A stretch of DNA of 64,000 nt from Micropruina sp. GTDB lineage: Bacteria; Actinomycetota; Actinomycetes; Propionibacteriales; Propionibacteriaceae. The translations under genes and the position numbers were made by a program. Below the pieces are notes generated by a model. That model saw only the letters and a program-made list of their open reading frames with translations. It did not search any database and was not told the DNA's origin. The stretch lies in the NCBI GenBank assembly GCA_044225075.1, contig JBGAJF010000020.1, positions 951 through 64,950 of the forward strand, read 5' to 3'. Below are positions 10,564 through 19,085 of the stretch, one piece after another (positions within the stretch are counted from its first letter, which is position 1; every line of letters begins with the position of its first letter).

Positions 10564-12936
10564 ATGGAGCCCCTCGTCACGCCGTTCACGGCCACCTACC
10601 GCCTGCAACTGCACCGCAGCTTCACCTTGGACGACGCCACCGCGGCCGTTCCGTACCTGGCGACGCTCGGAGTTAGCCACCTCTATCTGGCACCGATCCT
10701 CACCGCCGTGCCGGGCTCGCAGCACGGCTACGACGTGCTCGACCACACATGCGTCAACCCGGAACTGGGCGGTCGGGACGCGTTCGAACGGCTCGCCGAG
10801 CAGTGCCGCGATCACGGGCTCGGCATAGTCGTCGACGTGGTGCCCAACCACATGGCGTTGACCGCGGGCCAGTGGCGCAACGCACCGCTGTGGGACGTGC
10901 TGCGGCACGGACGAAAGTCGGTGTTCGCGCACTGGTTCGACGTCGACTGGGACCACCTCGACGGTCGCTTCGGGCTACCGATCCTGGGTGGACCACTCGC
11001 CGACACGGTCTCCGAGCTTCAACTCGATGTCGGACGCCCCGACGAAGGCCCCGCGGCCGGCCAGTCGGTGATTCGCTACTACGAGCATGTGCTGCCGCTG
11101 CGTCCGGACGGGCCCGATACCTCGGACCTGGGCGAGCTGTTGGCGGCCCAGCATTGGCAGCTCGCTTCGCACACCGAGGCGGCCGAGGTGCTCAACTACC
11201 GGCGGTTCTTCGAGGTCGATCAGCTGGTCGCCGTCCGGGTCGAGGAGCCGGACGTGTTCGACGCCACCCACGCGTTGCTGCTGGAACTGCACCACGCCGG
11301 GCTGATCGACGGCTTCCGGATCGACCACCCCGACGGCTTGGCCGATCCGGAGGGCTACCTGGCCCGGCTGGCTGCCGCCTGCCGTCCGGGCACGCCGATC
11401 TGGGTCGAGAAGATCCTGGAGGGCGACGAACAGTTGCCGGCCTGGGCATGTCACGGCACGACCGGCTACGACGCGGCAGCCGTGATCGACGCCGCTCTGG
11501 TCGACCCGGCCGGGGTGGACGCGGTGACGTCGACCTGGACGGCCACCGGGGGCGAACCGGTGCTCGCGGCCTGCATCGATGCCAGCAAGCGGCAGGTCTT
11601 GGCCCAGCTGTTGCAGCCCGAACTGAACCGCCTGCAGCGGGCCGCGGTCGCCGCCCTGCCCGGCACGGACCCGGCCCGGCTGCGTGCCGCATTGTCGGAG
11701 TTGCTCGTCCAGCTGCACGTCTACCGCGCGTATGTCACGCCGGGGGCACCCGCCGATCCCACCCTGATCGCGCCGCTCCACGAAGCCCTGGAGCGGGTTC
11801 GCGCCGACCGCCCCGACCTCGCCGAGGTGGCGGTCACCCTGGCCGGTGTCCTGGAACGACCGGAAACCGCCCCCGGTGAGGTGGACGCGGCCCGCGACCT
11901 TTGCGTCCGCTTCCAGCAGACCACCGGGCCGGTGATGGCCAAGGGCATCGAGGACACCGCGTTCTACCGCTGGCATCGGCTGATCGCGCTGAACGAGGTC
12001 GGCGGGGACCCGGCGCACGGAGCCCATCCCGGCGTCCAGGCCCTGCACTCCTGGGCCGAGCACCAGGCGTCCCGCTGGCCGCTGAGCATGACGACGCTCT
12101 CCACCCACGACACCAAGCGCGGCGAAGACGTCCGCGCCCGGCTGCTGGCGCTGGCCGGCGATCCCGGCTGGTGGACCCGGGTCGCCAACCTGGCCGCCGG
12201 GGCGTCCGTGCGGCACGGCGTGGACGCCGCCACCGGTCACCTGGTCTGGCAGACGGTCGCCGGTACACCCGGGCTGACCCCGGAACGACTGGACGCCTAT
12301 CTGACCAAGGCGCTTCGCGAGGGCAAGCAGCGCACCAGCTGGCTGCATCCCGACGACGACTACGAGGAACGCGTCCGTGCACTGGGCCGGGAGACCCTGG
12401 CCGGCGGACGCCTCGGCGAGGCCATCGCCGAGGCCGCCCACGCCAACACGGACGCGATTCGCACCGTGACGCTGGCCCAGAAGGTGCTGCAGCTGACCCT
12501 GCCGGGCGTCCCGGACACCTATCAGGGCGCGGAGCTGCTGAACCTCACCCTGGTTGATCCGGACAACCGCGCCGGCATCGACTTCGCCACCCACCGGGCT
12601 CGGCTCACCGCACTGGATTCGCGCTCCCGGCCGGCACTCGACCTGGACGACGAGGTGCTGTGGGTCACGTCGCGGGTGCTTCGCTTGCGCCAACGACGAC
12701 GTGATTCCTTCACCGCCGGGTACCAGCCTCTAGAGCTGGGCGAAGGGCTGCTCGGCTTCAGCCGTGGCGCGGATGTCCTGGTGGCGGTGCGCCGACTGCC
12801 CCGGACGCCGGTGCCGGCGTCCGTGCCGCTGCCGAGCGGTGAATGGGCGGACGCGTTCACCGGCGTCCGGCATCGCGACGGGACCGGCGCGCTGTTCGAG
12901 GTCCTGCCGGTCGCCGTCCTGGTCAGGGTCGCCTGA
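10564..12936 (+). CDS. treY: Malto-oligosyltrehalose synthase
   Basis: ATYRLQL, GSQHGYDV, DVVPNHM, GFRIDHPDGL, WVEKIL and STHDTKRGEDVRAR. Confidence 0.95.
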   Translation: MEPLVTPFTATYRLQLHRSFTLDDATAAVPYLATLGVSHLYLAPILTAVPGSQHGYDVLDHTCVNPELGGRDAFERLAEQCRDHGLGIVVDVVPNHMALTAGQWRNAPLWDVLRHGRKSVFAHWFDVDWDHLDGRFGLPILGGPLADTVSELQLDVGRPDEGPAAGQSVIRYYEHVLPLRPDGPDTSDLGELLAAQHWQLASHTEAAEVLNYRRFFEVDQLVAVRVEEPDVFDATHALLLELHHAGLIDGFRIDHPDGLADPEGYLARLAAACRPGTPIWVEKILEGDEQLPAWACHGTTGYDAAAVIDAALVDPAGVDAVTSTWTATGGEPVLAACIDASKRQVLAQLLQPELNRLQRAAVAALPGTDPARLRAALSELLVQLHVYRAYVTPGAPADPTLIAPLHEALERVRADRPDLAEVAVTLAGVLERPETAPGEVDAARDLCVRFQQTTGPVMAKGIEDTAFYRWHRLIALNEVGGDPAHGAHPGVQALHSWAEHQASRWPLSMTTLSTHDTKRGEDVRARLLALAGDPGWWTRVANLAAGASVRHGVDAATGHLVWQTVAGTPGLTPERLDAYLTKALREGKQRTSWLHPDDDYEERVRALGRETLAGGRLGEAIAEAAHANTDAIRTVTLAQKVLQLTLPGVPDTYQGAELLNLTLVDPDNRAGIDFATHRARLTALDSRSRPALDLDDEVLWVTSRVLRLRQRRRDSFTAGYQPLELGEGLLGFSRGADVLVAVRRLPRTPVPASVPLPSGEWADAFTGVRHRDGTGALFEVLPVAVLVRVA

Positions 12937-14720
12937 TGCGGCAGCGCTACTCGGTGTGGGCGCCCGAGGCCGAGCGAGTGGACGTCCATCTGGGAGCCGA
13001 CGGCGATCGGGTGGAGCCGATGACCCCGGAGGGCGGTGGTTGGTGGTCGGTGGACGCCGACCCAGGTGATGGCCGCTACGCGTTCGCGCTGGACGGCGGC
13101 AACCCGATGCCCGATCCACGTGGGCGTCGGCTGCCAGACGGCGTCCATGCGGCCAGCGCGCTGGTCAACCCGGCCGCGTTCACCTGGACCGACCATGCCT
13201 GGGCTGGCCGCCGGCTCAAGGGTTCGGTGATCTACGAGTTGCACATCGGCACGTTCACCGAGGCCCGCACCTTCGACGGTGCGATCGAGCGGCTCGACCA
13301 CCTGGTGGGTCTCGGCGTCGACATCATCGAACTGATGCCGGTGGCGTCGTTTCCGGGGCGCAACGGCTGGGGTTACGACGGAGTCGCGCTCTATTCGGTA
13401 CACGAGCCCTATGGCGGGCCGGAGGGGCTGCAGCGCTTCGTGGACGCCGCCCACGCTCGCGGCCTGGCGGTGTGGCTCGATGTGGTCTACAACCACCTCG
13501 GACCGGTCGGCAACTATCTGCCGCAGTACGGCCCCTACTTCACCGACCGGCACCAGACCCCCTGGGGGGTCGCCGTCAATCTGGACGGACCGGGCAGCGA
13601 CGAGGTGCGCACCTATTTCGTCGAGAACGTGCGGCAATGGTTGCTCGACTACCACCTGGACGGCCTGCGGCTGGATGCGGTGCACGCTCTGCACGACGAG
13701 TCGGCGATCCATCTGTTGGAGGATCTGTCCGCCTTGGCCGAGGACATCGGAACCGCGACCGGGATTCCGCGGACGTTGGTCGCCGAGTCCGACCGCAACG
13801 ACCCGCGCACGGTCGCGACGCGCGGCAGTGGCGGAGCCGGCGGGCAGGGGCTGGACGGCCAATGGGCCGACGACATCCATCACACCCTGCACGTGTTGCT
13901 GACCGGCGAGACGCAGGGCTACTACGCCGACTTCACCGATCCGCAGGCGTTGCCGAAGGTGCTGGCGCACACGCCGTTCTTCCACGACGGCGTGTACTCG
14001 AGCTTCCGCGGACGCCGGCACGGACGTCCGATCGAACCGGGGATCACACCGGGCTGGCGCTATGTCGGCTCGCTGCAGACCCACGACCAGGTCGGCAATC
14101 GGGCCACCGGCGAACGGCTGAGTCACTTGGCGGGGCGTGGCCGCGCGGCGACCGGGGCGGCCCTGCTGCTGACCTCGCCCTACACGCCGATGCTGTTCAT
14201 GGGCGAGGAGTTCGACGCCTCGACGCCGTGGCAGTACTTCACCGACCACGAAGAGGAATGGCTCGCCGAGTCGATCCGGACCGGACGGCAGGCCGAGTTC
14301 GCCGAACACGGCTGGTCGGGCAACGTCCCCGATCCGCAGGATCCCGGCACCGTCGAGACGTCCACCCTGAACTGGTCCGACCTCGACGACCCCACCCGGC
14401 AGGAGTTCCTGGATTGGTACCGGCTGCTGCTACGGCTGCGCCGGGAACTGCCGACCGTCCGGGATGCCCAGCTCGGCGACGGCGCCGTCGTCCGAAAGGG
14501 GGATCTGTTGCTGGTGCGCCGCGGCACGGTCGAGGTGCTGGCCAACCTGGGCGCCGAACCGGGCAAGCTCTCGGTGCCGGACGGCTCCGAACTGCTCGCG
14601 CGCTTCGGCGAGGTCGTCCTCACCTATGCCGGCGAGGTGGCCCTGGGCCCGCACAGCACCGCCCTGCTGCGCGCCCCGCTACCCGACATCACCGGCGAGA
14701 TCCCCCGGATCGTGGGCTGA
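12936..14720 (+). CDS. treZ: Malto-oligosyltrehalose trehalohydrolase
   Basis: YELHIGTF, IELMPVA, WGYDGV, DVVYNHLGP, GLRLDAVHAL and QTHDQVGNRA; TGATG overlap with treY. Confidence 0.95.
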   Translation: MRQRYSVWAPEAERVDVHLGADGDRVEPMTPEGGGWWSVDADPGDGRYAFALDGGNPMPDPRGRRLPDGVHAASALVNPAAFTWTDHAWAGRRLKGSVIYELHIGTFTEARTFDGAIERLDHLVGLGVDIIELMPVASFPGRNGWGYDGVALYSVHEPYGGPEGLQRFVDAAHARGLAVWLDVVYNHLGPVGNYLPQYGPYFTDRHQTPWGVAVNLDGPGSDEVRTYFVENVRQWLLDYHLDGLRLDAVHALHDESAIHLLEDLSALAEDIGTATGIPRTLVAESDRNDPRTVATRGSGGAGGQGLDGQWADDIHHTLHVLLTGETQGYYADFTDPQALPKVLAHTPFFHDGVYSSFRGRRHGRPIEPGITPGWRYVGSLQTHDQVGNRATGERLSHLAGRGRAATGAALLLTSPYTPMLFMGEEFDASTPWQYFTDHEEEWLAESIRTGRQAEFAEHGWSGNVPDPQDPGTVETSTLNWSDLDDPTRQEFLDWYRLLLRLRRELPTVRDAQLGDGAVVRKGDLLLVRRGTVEVLANLGAEPGKLSVPDGSELLARFGEVVLTYAGEVALGPHSTALLRAPLPDITGEIPRIVG

Positions 14721-14828
14721 CTACCCTCGTCCGTCGGCTCACAGTGGGGACGCGCAGTGGGGACGGTTCTTTTTCGTTCGATATTCGCACGCCGTTCGAA
14801 CCGGGGCCGGGGTTCGAGCGGGGCAGAC

Positions 14829-17063
14829 TCAGGCGTCGACGGGCTCGGGTTCTTCGGCGACGGCGCGGGTGACCTCGCGTAGTTGCAGCCACCAGGGGTT
14901 CTTCGGACGCCGGAAGGTGCGATCCATCAATCGCATCATCGACTCCATCGGGACGTCGGTGAGCCTGGACTCGGTGAGACCGACCAGGTAGCTGCCGTCG
15001 GATCCGTCGGCCAGTTCGGCGGCGATCAGGTCGAGCGCGTGGCCCACCATGCGCGTGGCCAGCAGCCGGTCGAACGGGGACGGCGAGCCGCCCTGCTGCT
15101 GGTGACCCAGGACGCCCTGCCGGACGTCGTACAGCCCGCGTCCTTCCTCTTCCAGCAGGCCGGCGATGAAGTCCGTCGTGTAGCGCTCGTTGGCCCGTTC
15201 GTTGCGGACGGCCAGGAACAGCGATCGGCCGGCGGCGAAGGACCGCCTGAGCCACTTCACGTCGTCGTTCAGCTGGTCGAGGGTGATTCCCTCCTCGTGC
15301 AGGTAGATACGCTCGGCGCCGCCGGCCAGCCCGCCCATCAGCGCCAGGTAGCCGCAGTAGCGACCCATGGTCTCCACCACGTAGGACCGGGTGGTCGCCG
15401 ACGCCGACAGCTTGATCCGGTCGATCGCCTCGACGATCACGTTGAGTGCCGTGTCACCCCCGATCGCCAGTTCCGAGCCGGGCAGGTTGTTGTCGATGGA
15501 CGCCGGCACGCAGATGATCGGGATCCGGAACGCCGGGTAGCGGTCGCGTTCTTCATGAAGCAGATGCGCGGCCTGATAGCCGTTCCAGCCGCCGATCACC
15601 AGCAGCGAGTCGACCGCGTGATCCTCCAGTTGCCGACTCACCTGGTACAGCTCCTCCACCGTGGGGATGGTCCGCCGCACACCGAGCTTGGCCCCACCGT
15701 CGGCCGTCCACGCCTCCACGTCACCCCAGGCGAGCTCGCTGATCCGGCCGCCGCGCAGGCCGGGGAAACCGTCGTGGACACCGAGCATGGTGTGTCCGCG
15801 GCTGATTCCCAGCCGTACCGCCGCCCGGGCCGCGGTGTTCATCCCTGGCGCGAGCCCGCCGCCATGGATGATCGCGATCCGCCTGGCGCCGTCCGCAGCC
15901 GCGACCCGCGACGGCTCGGACAGCTCGGCGAACAGCTGGTTCATGGTGACGAAGGACCCGCCGCGTTTGGCCATCGCACCGGCATAGTCGCCGGCTTCGA
16001 TCAGCGCCGGCACCTCGCGGGTGTTCCGCACCGCTTCCATCAGGTCGACCGAAGCCACCCGATTGCCGCGGAAGCCGAACACCCGGCCCGGACTGTCGGC
16101 GTCGGCGGTCAGCAGCGCCCGGGCGGCCTCGTAGCCCAGCCAGGTGGAACACCACCGGTCGAAGGCGCTGGGACTGCCTCCGCGCTGGACGTGACCGAGG
16201 ATGGTCACCCGGGTGTCCTCGCCCAAACGCTCCTCAAGCGTCGCCCGGACGTACTCCGCCGAGATCGGGTTGCCGGACCGATCGGTCGCACCCTCGGCGA
16301 CCAGCACGATGGAGTCACGGCGTCCGGCGGACCTGCCGCGACGCAACTCGGCGCACATCTTGTCTTCCCAGCCGTCCGAGGGCGGGTTCTCCGGGGTCAG
16401 CACATAGTCACAGCCGCCGGCGACGGCGGCCATCAACGCGAGGTAGCCGCAGTGCCGACCCATCACCTCGACGACGAAGCTGCGCTGGTGGCTGGCCGCG
16501 GTGCTGGCCAGATCGTCGATGGCGGACACGATGCGATGCAGGGCCGAGTCGGCGCCGATCGTCATGTCGGTGCCGACCAGGTCATTGTCGATCGAGCCGA
16601 CCAGTCCGGCGATCATCAGCGCCGGATGTTCGGCGGCAGCGGCGGCGTCCAGTTCACCGGCTTCGACCAGCTCGGCCAGCAACGCGGGCCATTCGGTGCG
16701 GAACGCGTCCAGCCCGGAGAGGCTGCCGTCGCCACCGATCACCACCAGCCGGTCGATGCCGGCCGCCATCAGGTTGCGGGCGGCGAGGCGGCGTCCGTCA
16801 CGCTCGCGGAACTGCTTACTCCGGAAGGTGCCGATCACCGTGCCGCCGCGGTGCAGGACGTTGCCGACGTCGTCCCAGCCGAATCGCCTGATGCCGTCGC
16901 CGCCGTCGATCATGCCCTGGTAGCCCTCGAAGATGGCGTAGACCTCGGCGCCGAGCGTGATTGCCGTCCGGACGACGGCCCGCACCGCCGCGTTCATGCC
17001 CTGAGCGTCGCCGCCGCTGGTCAGGATGCCGATGCGCTTGCCCGCGCCGATGAGTTCGACCAT
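14829..17063 (-). CDS. pfkA: 6-phosphofructokinase, tandem two-domain (eukaryote-type) form
   Basis: N half TSGGDAQGMN, IGGDGS, GSIDND and VEVMGRHCG; C half GGLAPGMN, ASIDNN and VETMGRYCG; 744 aa. Confidence 0.93.
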   Translation of the reverse strand: MVELIGAGKRIGILTSGGDAQGMNAAVRAVVRTAITLGAEVYAIFEGYQGMIDGGDGIRRFGWDDVGNVLHRGGTVIGTFRSKQFRERDGRRLAARNLMAAGIDRLVVIGGDGSLSGLDAFRTEWPALLAELVEAGELDAAAAAEHPALMIAGLVGSIDNDLVGTDMTIGADSALHRIVSAIDDLASTAASHQRSFVVEVMGRHCGYLALMAAVAGGCDYVLTPENPPSDGWEDKMCAELRRGRSAGRRDSIVLVAEGATDRSGNPISAEYVRATLEERLGEDTRVTILGHVQRGGSPSAFDRWCSTWLGYEAARALLTADADSPGRVFGFRGNRVASVDLMEAVRNTREVPALIEAGDYAGAMAKRGGSFVTMNQLFAELSEPSRVAAADGARRIAIIHGGGLAPGMNTAARAAVRLGISRGHTMLGVHDGFPGLRGGRISELAWGDVEAWTADGGAKLGVRRTIPTVEELYQVSRQLEDHAVDSLLVIGGWNGYQAAHLLHEERDRYPAFRIPIICVPASIDNNLPGSELAIGGDTALNVIVEAIDRIKLSASATTRSYVVETMGRYCGYLALMGGLAGGAERIYLHEEGITLDQLNDDVKWLRRSFAAGRSLFLAVRNERANERYTTDFIAGLLEEEGRGLYDVRQGVLGHQQQGGSPSPFDRLLATRMVGHALDLIAAELADGSDGSYLVGLTESRLTDVPMESMMRLMDRTFRRPKNPWWLQLREVTRAVAEEPEPVDA

Positions 17064-17198
17064 GGGTCAATCCTGGCGAACCCGGGACCTGCGCGGCGAC
17101 CAATCGAGCAAGTGTTTACCCTTTCGTCGCCCGCCCGGCCCCGTTGGCCAGCCTGCCGAAACCAGGGACGAGCTCGATCACCGGAGGCCGGGAACGCG

Positions 17199-17232
17199 AA
17201 AAACGGGGGGCGACCAGCGGTCGCCCCCCGTT
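17199..17232 (-). terminator. Rho-independent terminator after the ABC substrate-binding gene
   Basis: 14-bp stem AACGGGGGGCGACC/GGTCGCCCCCCGTT with a 3-nt loop, followed by TTTTT on the minus strand. Confidence 0.85.
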
Positions 17233-17243
17233 CATTCAGACGG

Positions 17244-18962
17244 TCACTTCGTGTAGCCGACGTTCTCCCACTTGACGGTGCCGAACGCCACTGCACCGAT
17301 GTTGGCCAGCTTGGCCCGGACGCCGATCAGCATCGGGCGCTGGTACAGCGGCAGCGTGACGCTGGACTCCCAGATCGACTTCGCGACCTGGTTGGCCATC
17401 TCGGCGCGCTTGGCGGGATCCATCTCGGTGTCGATCTTCGGCGCCAGTTCCTCCACCGTGGGGTTCAGGAACTGCGCGTAGTTGAACAACTCGTAGGTCT
17501 CTTTGCCGTCCTTGACGGTGGCGCCGTAAATCTGCCGGATGTCTCCCAGCGGGTAGGGAGTGCCGATCCACGAGAAGGCAATGATGTCGAAGGCATGGTC
17601 GTCAAGCACGCCGGGCCACTGCTTGTCGACATTGATGTTCTTCAGCTTCAGGTTGACCCCGATGTCCTTGAGCATCTTCTGCGCCTGCAGGCCTTCGTTC
17701 TCGGACGCCTTCACACCGCTCAGCACAACAAAGGTCACGTCGAGTTGCTTGCCGTCCTTCTCGCGGTAGCCGGTGCTGGCATTCAACGTCCAGCCGGCCT
17801 CATCGAGCTTGGCCTTAGCGCCCTCCACATTGAAGTCGATCCCGGTCGCCTTGCCCTGGTCGACATAACCGGTCTGGTTCGCCATGTACAGGTTGTTGTT
17901 CAGCGGCGTCGCCTCCCAGTCGAGGCCGGCTAGGTCGGAGCGGGCGATGGCACCGCGGTCCAGGCCCATCACGATGGCCTGGCGGACCTTGGCATCGGTC
18001 AGGTTGGGGGCCTTGGTGTTGAAAGTGAAATGCCGGAAGTTCGGTCCGCCCGCTTTGCGCACGACCGAGTTCTGCGCCTCGCTAGCTGTCTTGAAACCGT
18101 TCGGGTCGGCGCCCATGTCGTAGTAGTCGAGTTCCTGGTTGGCGAATGCGGTCGCCTGCGCGTCGGTCAGGATCTTCTTCCAGGTGAGCTTCGTCAGCAG
18201 CGGCTTCTCGCCCCACCACAGCTCATTGGGGACCATCACCGTGGTGCCCGAGGCGTTGTCGATCGATTGGATCTTGAACGGGCCGGACTGCCACCCGAGC
18301 TTCATCCCCTTCTTCCAACCGTTGTTGAACATGTCGGCGGTGGCGACGCTCTCGGCCCGGTACGGCCCGGTGGCAATGATCTTGGTCCAGTCGGGGTAGG
18401 GACTCTTGAACTTGAGGACGACTTCATAGTCGTCCGCGCCCTTGGTCACGGAAGTGATCAACTCCCAGCCGGCCGTGTTGATGTTCTTGAAGGCCTTGTC
18501 GGAACCGTTCAGGGCGTTCACCGTAGCGATCCAGTCCTTGACCGTGATCGGGGCGCCGTCGTTCCAGACCGCTTTGGGGTTCAGTTTCAGCGTCAGCGTC
18601 AGGTTCGGGTTGACCTCCGCCTTCGCATCCAACAGGTAGTCATTGTTGATCTGGGGCTCACCCATTGCGTTGTAGTCGTAGTACGCGGGGACGACCGGCT
18701 TCTCCAGGTCGACCATCTCTCGGTCGCCGCCCTCCGAGGTGGACGGGTTCCAGTTCCGGTACTCGTGCGAGATGGAGCCGGTGAACTCACCACCACTGGC
18801 CAACTGATCACGCGGCGTCTCGTTGATGTCCCAGCCCGCCTTCATCGCCGGAGCCGACGTGGCGCCGCCAGGGCCGTTCGGCTGGGCGGGCCCGCCACAG
18901 GCCGCCAGTCCCAGCGCGGTAACGCCGGCGATCAGTGGCAGAACAAACCTTGTTGCCTTCAC
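17244..18962 (-). CDS. oppA: Peptide ABC transporter substrate-binding lipoprotein (family 5)
   Basis: Lipobox LAAC, SGPFKI, VRQAIVMGLDR and LDEAGW; GGAGG RBS before GTG. Confidence 0.88.
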   Translation of the reverse strand: MKATRFVLPLIAGVTALGLAACGGPAQPNGPGGATSAPAMKAGWDINETPRDQLASGGEFTGSISHEYRNWNPSTSEGGDREMVDLEKPVVPAYYDYNAMGEPQINNDYLLDAKAEVNPNLTLTLKLNPKAVWNDGAPITVKDWIATVNALNGSDKAFKNINTAGWELITSVTKGADDYEVVLKFKSPYPDWTKIIATGPYRAESVATADMFNNGWKKGMKLGWQSGPFKIQSIDNASGTTVMVPNELWWGEKPLLTKLTWKKILTDAQATAFANQELDYYDMGADPNGFKTASEAQNSVVRKAGGPNFRHFTFNTKAPNLTDAKVRQAIVMGLDRGAIARSDLAGLDWEATPLNNNLYMANQTGYVDQGKATGIDFNVEGAKAKLDEAGWTLNASTGYREKDGKQLDVTFVVLSGVKASENEGLQAQKMLKDIGVNLKLKNINVDKQWPGVLDDHAFDIIAFSWIGTPYPLGDIRQIYGATVKDGKETYELFNYAQFLNPTVEELAPKIDTEMDPAKRAEMANQVAKSIWESSVTLPLYQRPMLIGVRAKLANIGAVAFGTVKWENVGYTK

Positions 18963-19051
18963 TCGTCCTCCATTTGTGACACGCGTTCTCGACCGGAAAA
19001 CAGCCGACTTTGGGGGTGATCCTACCCCGACGGTTCCGTCATAGGGGCGGC

Positions 19052-19069
19052 AACAGATCACCATCTGTT
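19052..19069. promoter_or_regulatory. Dyad upstream of the substrate-binding gene (possible operator of an internal promoter)
   Basis: AACAGAT-CACC-ATCTGTT, about 30 nt upstream of a TAGGAT -10-like hexamer on the minus strand. Confidence 0.35.
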
Positions 19070-19085
19070 AACGATCGGGATCGGC

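Noticed and set aside
14721-14828. CAGTGGGGAC duplicate and GTTCGAACC/GGTTCGAGC dyad between treZ and pfk
   Set aside because: Short and imperfect; consistent with an ordinary terminator region
14883-17933. 1016-aa plus-strand ORF
   Set aside because: Antisense shadow of pfk and oppA in high-GC DNA, with no motifs
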